Below, one piece after another: positions 1 to 8,611 of a stretch of 64,000 nucleotides of DNA. The stretch spans positions 78,742,001-78,806,000 of the forward strand of contig NC_086108.1 of NCBI RefSeq assembly GCF_963921235.1, read 5' to 3'. This DNA is from Mobula hypostoma. Taxonomy: Eukaryota. The notes beneath the pieces were generated by a model, which did no database searches, was not told where the DNA came from, and saw nothing but the letters and a program-made list of their open reading frames with translations. The translations under genes and the position numbers were made by a program. The number at the start of each line of letters is the position of its first letter. Positions within the stretch are counted from its first letter, which is position 1.

Positions 1-271
1 TATTTAAACTAGCTGGCTAGCTGCTAAGGAGCTAATCTATTGATGTCCTACGTGATGAGGCCAGAACTCCCTGTCGACTTGCTTAAAGTTGTAATAGAAT
101 AAACATGATAATATAAGTACGTATTTTAATGTCACATTTTCTGCATATACCCAACTTGGTTTACAGATTAGACAAAATCACTAAACAAAGTACTACATAC
201 AACCCTGGAGGTCGACCGGGGGGCGGGGGTGCTACCTCCCTGAAATGAGTTTTTGCAGGGTGGGATGTCTG
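1..271. mobile_element. Possible terminus of a DNA transposon, truncated by the window edge
   Basis: GC-rich terminal segment ending ...gcagggtgggatgtctg followed by TA and then AT-rich sequence. The partner end is not in the window, so it cannot be confirmed. Confidence 0.25.
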
Positions 272-1851
272 TACTTCTGACAATCACTTAATTCTCAGGG
301 CTTTGTGTGTCTAAACAGTTAGAAAGGTAGCCTTAATTTCTTTAGAAAGGGACGAAGGACAACTTAATTTCAAACACAGGAGAACCCATGAAATGCCACG
401 ATTGTTACAGGATAAAACCCCACAACAAACAAACTCAGTAAATCAGCAGGTCAAAAGAGAGTGCATCACTCAAGGAAAACTTATTTTATGCAGAGGCATT
501 GGGGATGGCCACTGAATAGAATTAATAATTATTTCGAAGGATGATTGATTTCTGGATTGGACTGCAACTGACGAAGCAAACAGCCAGTTTGAAAGTGACA
601 GCTTTAATAGAGATCATAGTCTTTTCTACTTTCTAAATACAAAGTGAATTTGTTGGACTGAATGTCTGCTCCATTTGGTTCCTAGAATTTAATTCCTCTG
701 ACTATAATGAAAATTAGTATTAGTCTCCAATGAAATGCCGGTATTAGACATCACGGTGACTAAACTAATGCAGTCTTTTATGTCCCATTGCCCAAGGTGA
801 CTTTCAGCTTCTTTATGTCCTTAATAAATCAAGGCATGACTCTCGGCGAGCAACATGGATCTTACAACATTTAATACTAATGTTACTTTAAGCCAAATGA
901 AAATTGCATTGTTACAAAATTTGCCATATTATCGTCTTTCCTACATATTAACTACATACAATACTTCTGTCCAATTCAGTTGAAAAGTGGATTACAGTGG
1001 GAGGGGAAAAGAGAGCTGAAAGGAGAAGGTCAGAGACAAGGTTAAATGGTGTGAATGAACAAAATTCAACAGTAATTTTTAAAATGATAAGTTACCGTTA
1101 AAGAAACACATCCACAGAATCAAACAACACCATGCATATTGGTCCACCAGAAAATCACAACGCATGTACTCTAGTTCTCAAAGATGGATGAAGCTATTTG
1201 CCAGCTGTCGAGAGAAAATCCTAGTGCAACTGTTCAATTCAGAGGAGCATTCAATAACAAGTCCCATAATCATTAGCTGAAACCTTTAGCATTGTAGGTC
1301 TGAGAACATCCAAGACAGATTTTAATTCAAATCAGAGATGTCAAAATACTAGGGTACAAATCCTCCAATCACAGATCCAGTACCATCAGATCGTTTATCA
1401 TTGCATTAGTTTTCACCTATTTGCTCTCTATCTTTTCTTCCTCACTCCCGATTTGCCATGCTTTTTAAGATTACAAAACTGCCCAAGGCAATAAAGCACT
1501 AAAGCCAGTTGATTTATTATTTCAATTATTTAGCCATTTTCATTTTTAGCAATCTCCCGCTTCTCATTCACCCACACAGGGCAATGTTTTAATAAAAGAT
1601 GGTGCAACTTCTTTAACTATTTATCCTAACGTTTCTTTCTCTAGTCTTGGTTAATTGATAAATTGAGCACATTTACAAGTAACATGCTCTACCATTACAA
1701 TTTACGAAAACCTACAGAAATATATTCTGGGCATAATTCTACATTCTGCTTTTGCACTTGATGAATAATGATGCACAAACAGCTGAAATGGTATTCAAAA
1801 TCCAAATATTTTATGATTATCTTAATAAATGAAAATCAAGAATTTTCTACT

Positions 1852-2001
1852 GACAAAATGATGGTGGAACTAGGCAAGTCAGGCAGCAGCTATGGAAGGG
1901 AATAAACAGTTGACGTTTCAGGGTGAGACCCTTCATCAGAAATCTGAGTTCCTCCAGCATTTTGTGTGTGTTGCTCCAGATTTCTAGCATCTGCAGAATC
2001 A
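1852..2001. mobile_element. Penelope-like element (PLE) terminal remnant with inverted pseudo-LTR halves
   Basis: Homologous to both ends of the GIY-YIG-bearing element at 27747-28462 (ggcagcagctatggaagggaataaacagttgacgtttc... then gtgtgttgctccagatttctagcatctgcagaatc). Confidence 0.75.
1908..1943 (-). ncRNA. Minimal type I hammerhead ribozyme motif (PLE-associated)
   Basis: Minus strand reads AUUU-CUGAUGA-AGGGU CUC ACCCU-GAAAC-GUC-AACU: intact core, 5-bp stem II, palindromic ACGU stem III, weak stem I. Confidence 0.55.
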
Positions 2002-2281
2002 CTTAGGTTTAAGAAATTTTGAAGTACTTTTTGCAATATTACGCCAGACCCGTGTGCTATTCTACATATGGACAGCATTTATCGCTTCCTTTCTCACGTT
2101 ACCAAAGAAATTTCTCATGACATACACAACCCATGGCAGCCAATCCCCTCACGTTTCCAACAGATTTTCACTGGTTAGCAGCAAGTATTATACAGCACGC
2201 ACCCTGCTCCAGTGATGAAGAGTAAAAACACTGCAACTCTTTAAAATAAAATTCCTATCTCATTCTTTTTTTTTGCAAATA

Positions 2282-3173
2282 TAGTGGATTCCAGTTCATT
2301 TGGACACATCAGGACCAGTACAATTTTGTCCAATTAAGCGGCTGCCCAAATTAGCCAAGTTCATAGAAATAGTTAAAAAGTTATAATAAGAAAGACAAAC
2401 TACCATTTAACTGAGTAACAAATTATGTATTTAAATAAAATACAAAACAAATTACATTACCAATACTACTGCAGTACTATAAACCTGTGCATTAGTTCCT
2501 AATAGTTATCAACAGAGGAATTCATCCAGTGTACTTGTACACTGCCTTATTCTTTTGATTGACTAAATCAATGTAGACACAGCGGGCAGATAATGGTCTG
2601 CCTTCATAGAATGCTTTTGATGACTGCATCCTCCAAATTTTCATTTTTATTGTAACCTTCAGGATGACTGTCGATGCCTTTAAAATCTTCATAGTTCCTA
2701 AATTGTTGAAGTAATTAAATCATTTCATTTTAACTCCCGGCCGTTTCTAGCGTCACCAAGCCTAAATGCAGTTGAAGTCATAAGTTTACATACACCTTAA
2801 TCAAATACATTTAAACTCAGTTGTTCACAATTCCTGACATTTAATCCTAGAAAACAGTCTTAGGTCAGTTAGGATCACTACTTTATTTTAAGTATGTGAA
2901 ATGTCAATATAATAGTAGAGAGAATCATTTATTTCAGCTTTTATTTCTTTCATCACTTTCCCAGTGGGTCAGAAGCTTACATACACTTTGTTGGTATTTG
3001 GTAGCATTGCCTCTAAATTGTTTAACTTGGATCAAACGTTTTGGATGGCCTTCCACAAGCTTCTCACAGTAAGCTGCTGGAATTTTGTTCCATTCCTCCA
3101 GACAGAACTGGTGTAACTGAGTCAGGTTTGTAGGCCCTGATTAGCAGATGGACCAATTAACCAGAATCCAGTG
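2282..3173 (-). mobile_element. Internally deleted Tigger/pogo-type DNA transposon
   Basis: Degenerate TIRs (tagtggattccagttcatttggacacatc / gatggaccaattaaccagaatccagtg) flanked by TA. Minus strand about 2580-2768 gives a stop-riddled acidic tail (..NYEDFKGIDSHPEGYNKNENLEDAVIKSI..) resembling pogo/Tigger C-termini. Confidence 0.65.
2769..3136 (-). mobile_element. Sleeping Beauty-like (IR/DR group) Tc1 transposon: right IR/DR plus transposase C-terminus
   Basis: Outer DR cagttgaagtcataagtttacatacac at 2769 and inner DR cccagtgggtcagaagcttacatacac at about 2960. Minus strand 2991-3134 translates PTNLTQLHQFCLEEWNKIPAAYCEKLVEGHPKRLIQVKQFRGNATKY, matching the SB transposase C-terminus as recalled. 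Confidence 0.9.
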
Positions 3174-3769
3174 TATTCATAACAGCACATATGAAACAAT
3201 AGCTCACCCCTTCAAAGTGTGTCAGGAGCCCAGCATTGTCCCACAACCTATTTTAGAAATCACCAGCATACATCAATGAACATATTACATGATTCAGTTT
3301 AGTTTGTAGAATAATCTTTAATGATTTCAATTCCATCACAGACACTCAAAGAGCTAAACATTCTTACTGGGAATGCATATTCTTGTTGACAAACTCACAT
3401 ACATATTACTGCCCCATTAGTAAGTATATCCAGGAATAATTTTTATGGAAAAAAATCCCATTCTCTTTGTTATCCAAGTTTACATAAAAGATTTTAAGTT
3501 TGTATTATGTAAATAACAGAAACATGACATGAAACAGTTTAATTAAGTATATTGGAGTAAATGTACCAAAAACTCTCACTTTTTAGTTTTATTTTTGAAA
3601 GTGTATTCCTTGGCATACAGAATTTCCTTTAGTTTCCAATGCTCATCACTGCCAATGATCTTATCCATTGTCAGCATATTAAAATGTTCACATGACTACA
3701 CTACAGAATGAGATAATAAACATTTTGAAAAGAATAAAAGGTTCCTACTGACACGTACAGGCAAAGAGC

Positions 3770-3920
3770 TTCAAAATTCAAGTTCAGGTTTAATTGTCAT
3801 TCTAAGTATCCATGAAACAGCGTTACTCCGGGTCTTAAGCAGAGTACAGTCATACACACCACAAGGCACAGATAGCACTAATTAGATAGCAAGCACATAA
3901 ATGATAGCAATAAAATATGG
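3770..3920 (-). mobile_element. LINE 3' tail remnant (Rex1/L2-type short-repeat tail)
   Basis: ttcaaaattcaagttcaggtttaattgtcatt tail, resembling other LINE tails in the window. Confidence 0.4.
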
Positions 3921-4265
3921 ACTCAAAAAAGGGAGCTTCGAGAGGGTTAGTCCATTGTACGTAGCCTATCAGCGGCATCAACAGTGTTTTACCAAGAGGG
4001 ATTTCTCGCAGGTAGGCAGTGGTTATTTAAAAAGGGAGCTTTGAGAGCATTAGTCCATTGTACGTGGCTTATGAAGCGGAGCACCAATCGTGAGTTAAAT
4101 AGCAGGGAAGGTTCAGGCATAAATGGGAGACACTGCCAAGCGGAGTGGTCATCAAAGGAGCAGTCATCAACGGAGTGATCTGAAGTAGGGCTTTGGCTCA
4201 TTCGGGCTTCGGCGATAACGGGTCGAGGCCAGGTAACTTACCTGCAAGGAATAGAAACAGGAAGT

Positions 4266-5199
4266 ATGTCTGTGAGGCTGGTGTTCTGTACTGGGTGTCA
4301 GATGTGGGAAGTCCGGGAGACTCCCAGCCTCCCGGAAGGCCACACCTGCGCCAGGTGCGTTGAGCTGCAGCTCCTCAGGGACCAGGTTAGGGAACCGGAG
4401 GTGCAGCTCGATGACCTTCATCTGGTCAGGGAAAGTGAGGAGGTGATAGAGAGGAGCTACAGGCAAGTAGTCACACCGGGGCCTCGGGAGAGAGATAAGT
4501 GGGTAACAGTCAGGAGATGGAAGGGGCAAGAGTCAGATACTAGAGAGTACCCTGTGGCTGTCCCCTTAACAATAAGTACTCCTGTTTGAGTACTGTTGGG
4601 GGGGGGGCCTACCTGGGGCGGGGGGGGCAACAATGGCCCCACCTCTGACACAGAGTCTGGCCCTGTGGCTCAGAAGGGTAGGGAAAGGAAGAAGGCAGTA
4701 ATAGGGCACTCTCTTGTCATGGGGTCAGACAGGCGATTCTGTGGATGCAGTAAAGAAATATGGATGGTAGCTTGCCTTCCAGGTGCCAGGGTCCAGGATG
4801 TTTCTGGTCGCGTCCACGATATCCTGAAGTGGAAAGGTGATCAGCCAGAGGTCGTGGTCCATGTTGGTACCAACGACGTAGGTAGGGAAATGGGAGGAGG
4901 TCCTGATAACAGACTACAGGGAGTTAGGAAGGAAGATCAGGAGCAGGAGCTCAATGGTAGTAATCTCAGGATTACTGCCTGTGCCACGCGACAGTGAGTA
5001 TAGGAATAGAATGAGGTGGAGGATAAATGCGTGGTTAAGGGATTGAAGCAGGGGGCAGGGATTCAGATTTCTGGATCATTGGGACCTCTTTTGGGGCAGG
5101 TGTGACCTGTACAAAAAGGACGGGTTGCACTTGAATCCCAGGGGGACAAATATCCTGGCGGGTAGGTTTGCTAAGGGCACTGGGAAGAGTTTAAACTAG
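4266..5199 (+). pseudogene. CR1 ORF1 (Cys zinc finger, coiled coil, SGNH esterase), frameshifted
   Basis: CTGC..CARC, LQLLRDQVRE, VIGHSLV, CLPGARVQDV, VVVHVGTNDVG, DGLHLNPRG; ends AGT TTA AAC TAG at 5199. Confidence 0.85.
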
Positions 5200-6146
5200 A
5201 ATTGTTAGGGAGTGGGAACCGAACTGAAGAGACGGAGGAAGGGGCGGTTGGCTCACAAATGGAGAAAGTTTGGAGACAGTACAAGAGGGAGGATAGGCAG
5301 GTGATAGAGAAGGGGAACGCTCAGACCAATGGTTTCAGAAGTGCCTGTTTTAATGCAAGAAGCATCGTGAACGAAGTGGATGAGCTTAGAGCATCAATCA
5401 GTACTTGGAGTTATGATGTTGTGGCCATTACAGAGACTTGGATGGCTCAGGGGCAAGAATGGTTAATTAGAGTGCCAGGCTTCAGATGTTTCAGAAAGGA
5501 CAGGGAGGGAGGCAAAAGAGGTGGGGGTGTGGCACTGCTGATCAGAGATGGTGTCACGGCTGCAGAAAAGGAGGAAGTCATGGAGGGATTGTCTACTGAG
5601 TCTCTGTGGGTGGAAGTTAGGAACAGGAAGGGGTCAATAACTCAGCTAGGTGTTTTTTATAGACCAGCCAATAGTAACAGGGACATCGAGGAGCAGATAG
5701 GGAGACAGATTCTGGAAAAGTGTAATAATAACATGGTTTTCGTGGTGCGAGATTTTAATTTCCCAACTATTGATTGGCATCTCCCTCGAGCAAGAGGTTT
5801 AAATGGGGTGGAGTTTGTTAGGTGTGTTCAGGAAGGTTTCTTGACACAATATGTAGATAAGCCTACAAGGGGAGAGACTGTACTTGATTTGGTATTGGGA
5901 AATGAACCTGGTCAGGTGTCAGGTCTCTCAGTAGGAGAGCATTTTGCAGATAGTGATCACAACTCTATCTCCTTTACCATGACATTGGAGAGGGATAGGA
6001 ACAGACAAGTTAGGAAAGCATTTAACTGGAGTAAGGGGAAATATGAAGCTATCAGGCAGGAACTTGGAAGCATAAATTGGGGACAGATGTTCTCAGGGAA
6101 ACGTACAGAAGAAATGTGGCAAATATTCAGGGGATATTCGTGTGGC
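5190..6146 (+). pseudogene. CR1 ORF2 apurinic-like endonuclease domain
   Basis: FNARSI, VAITETW, GGGVALL, FYRP, DFNFP, LDLVL and SDHN motifs in one open frame. Confidence 0.9.
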
Positions 6147-6590
6147 ATATGAGGAACATTTGTCCGCTCTTGGACTGTATTCCTTGGAGTTTAGAAGAAT
6201 GAGGGGAGACCTCATAGAAACATTTCAAATGTTAAAAGGCATGGACAGAGTGGATGTGGCAAAGTTGTTTCCCGTGATGGGGGAGTCTAGTACGAGAGGG
6301 GATGACTTAAGGATTGAAGGGCGCCCATTCAGAACAGAAATGCGAAGAAATTTTTTTAGTCAGAGGGTGGTGAATCTATGGAATTTGTTGCCACGGGCAG
6401 CAGTGGAGGCCAAGTCATTGGGTGTATTTAAGGCAGAGATTGATAGGTATCTGAGTAGCCAGGGCATCAAAGGTTATGGTGAGAAGGCGGGGGAGTGGGA
6501 CTAAATAGGAGAATGAATCAGCTCATGATAAAATGACGGAGCAGACTCGATGGGCCGAATGGCCTACTTCTGCTCCTTTGTCTTATGGTC
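6147..6590 (+). mobile_element. 5'-truncated CR1 3' end nested in the CR1 above
   Basis: YEEHLSALGLYSLEFRRMRGDLIE...GYGEKAGEWD plus 3'UTR ending tcttatggtc; near-identical to 36124-36562. Confidence 0.9.
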
Positions 6591-7304
6591 ATTCTGCATA
6601 GGTACGTTCCAATGAAGCAGGGAATAGATGGTAGGGTACAGGAACCGCAGTGTACAAAGGCTATTGAAAATCTAGTCAAGAAGAAAGGAACAGCTTAAGA
6701 AAGGTTCAAAAACCTAGATAATGATACAGAACTAGAAGATGATAAGGCTAGCAGGAAGGAGCTTAGAATGAGAGAGCCTAAAGGGGCCATGAGGCCTTGG
6801 CGAGCGGGATTAAAGAAAACCCCAAGGCATTCTACAAACATGTGAAGAGCAAGAGGATAAGACGTGAGAGAATAGGACAAATCAAGTGTGACAGTGGAAA
6901 AATGTGTATGCATAATATCTGAGGTACTTCATGAAAACTTTGCTTCAGGATTCACTATGGAAAAGGACCTTGGCGATTATTGGTAACTGTTACCATCAAC
7001 TTCATCCATGCCTCTTATAATTTTAAACACTTCTCCAAAAATCACCCTTCATTTATGTACATTCCAAGGGATAAAGACCTCACCCGGTCAGCCTCTCTCT
7101 CTGTAACTTTGGTCCTCTAGTCCTGCAACATCGTCATAAATCTTCTCTGCATTCTTTTCAGTTTAACAACGTATTCTATAATAAAGCAACCAAAATTGTA
7201 TACAAAACTCCAAGTGTGGTCTCACCAACAACTTATTATCTGGATTATCCCAATCCCTATACTCAATACCTTGACTGATGAAAGCCAGTACATACTAAAT
7301 CACT

Positions 7305-7605
7305 AACATGAGAAAATCTGCTGGATATCCAAGCAACACACACACACACAGAAAATGCTGGAGGAATTTGGCAGTCCAGGCAGCATCTATGGAAAAGAGT
7401 AAACAGTCGACATTTTGGGCCGAGACCCTTCATCAGAACTGAAAAGGAAGAGGAGAAGTCAGAGTATTTCACCTATCACCTACCACGTTGTATTTCTTCC
7501 TCCCCTCCCCCCACCTTCTTACTGCTACTGCCTCACTTCCATTCTACTCCCGATGAAGGGTCTCGGCCTGAAACACCAACTGTTTACTCTTTTCCATAAA
7601 TGCAA
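7305..7605. mobile_element. PLE remnant with two oppositely oriented degenerate hammerhead boxes
   Basis: gtcgacattttgggccgagacccttcatcag (about 7407-7437, minus) and ccgatgaagggtctcggcctgaaac (about 7550-7574, plus). Confidence 0.75.
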
Positions 7606-7660
7606 CACACTAAATCCCTTTTTCTACCCATGGCACTGCTTTCAATGAATTATGCACTTA

Positions 7661-7852
7661 AGTTGTCTGTACCACTGGTGCAGTGGCATCTGCACGAGAA
7701 TTCGGAGTGAAAGGTCCTGGGTTCAAATCTGGCCAGTTCCTTGTAGGAGTTCTCCTCATGCTGGGTTGAGCATCAAGCTAGCAACTCGGCCTTGTAAAAC
7801 AGAGAAACACGAAGGTTGCTGACTGACGAGTCAAATTGGCGTGGGGAAGAAC
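7661..7852 (+). mobile_element. tRNA-derived SINE
   Basis: A box tggtgcagtgg, B box ggttcaaatc, approximate TSD ttatgcactta/ttatgtactta. Confidence 0.65.
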
Positions 7853-8367
7853 TTTTATGTACTTACCTTGCTAGGTCCCCTCTACTCCATTACCTGCCAT
7901 TCCTACTGCTCATTGTACAAGTCCTATGCTGGTTTGACTTTCCTAAATCCCTGCCTGTGGCAATGAATTCCATAGATTCACCACTCTCCAGCTAAAGAGA
8001 TTCGTTCTCATCATTCTAAAAGGACACCCCTCTATTCTGAGGCTGTGTCCTCTGATCTTAGACTCTCCCATCATAGAAAACATCCTCTCTACATCCACTC
8101 TATTAAGTCCTTTCACTATTCAATAGGTTTTAATGAGGTTACCCCTCATTCTTCTGAATTTGACTGAATACGGGCCCAGAGCCATCAAACACTCTTCATA
8201 TGACAAGCCATTCAATCCTGGAATCATTTTCGTGAGCCTCCTTTGAACCCTCTCCAGTTTCTGCACATCCTTTCTAAGATAAGGGGCCCAAAACTGCTCA
8301 CAATACTCCAAGTGAGGCCTTACCACTGCTTTACAAAGTCTCAAAATTACATCCTTGCCTTTATATT

Positions 8368-8552
8368 CTTTTTTTTTTAGGCATCCGTTAGTCTCAAGAG
8401 ACCATGGGTTTGAGCCTTGGAAGGTTTCCAGGGCACAGGCCTGCGCAAGGTTGTATGGAAGACCAGCAGTCGCCCATGCTGCAAGTCTCCCCTCTCCATG
8501 CCACCGATGTTGTCCAAGGGAAGGGCATTAGGACCCATACAGCTTGGCAATG
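8368..8552 (-). mobile_element. 3' part of an RTE-type non-autonomous element/SINE
   Basis: Minus strand ends catggtctcttgagactaacggatgcct plus an A-run; homologous to 19085-19250. Confidence 0.7.
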
Positions 8553-8611
8553 ACCAAGGCTCGCTGCTTCAGCCAAGGCTCGAACTAGCCTATTCTAGCC
8601 CTCTTGAAATG

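Larger units (their letters stand above)
3925..6980 (+). mobile_element. CR1 LINE, 5' half (5'UTR, ORF1, APE part of ORF2), 3'-truncated and interrupted
   Basis: ORF1 fragments 4266-5199, APE ORF 5202-6152, ORF2 homology resumes at 6591 after a nested insertion. Confidence 0.9.
6990..7950 (-). mobile_element. Old CR1 ORF2 3' fragment, interrupted by a PLE and a SINE
   Basis: Reverse-complement CR1 motifs (tacaaaactccaagtgtggtctcacc; ctgatgaaagccag; ggtttgactttcc). Confidence 0.7.
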
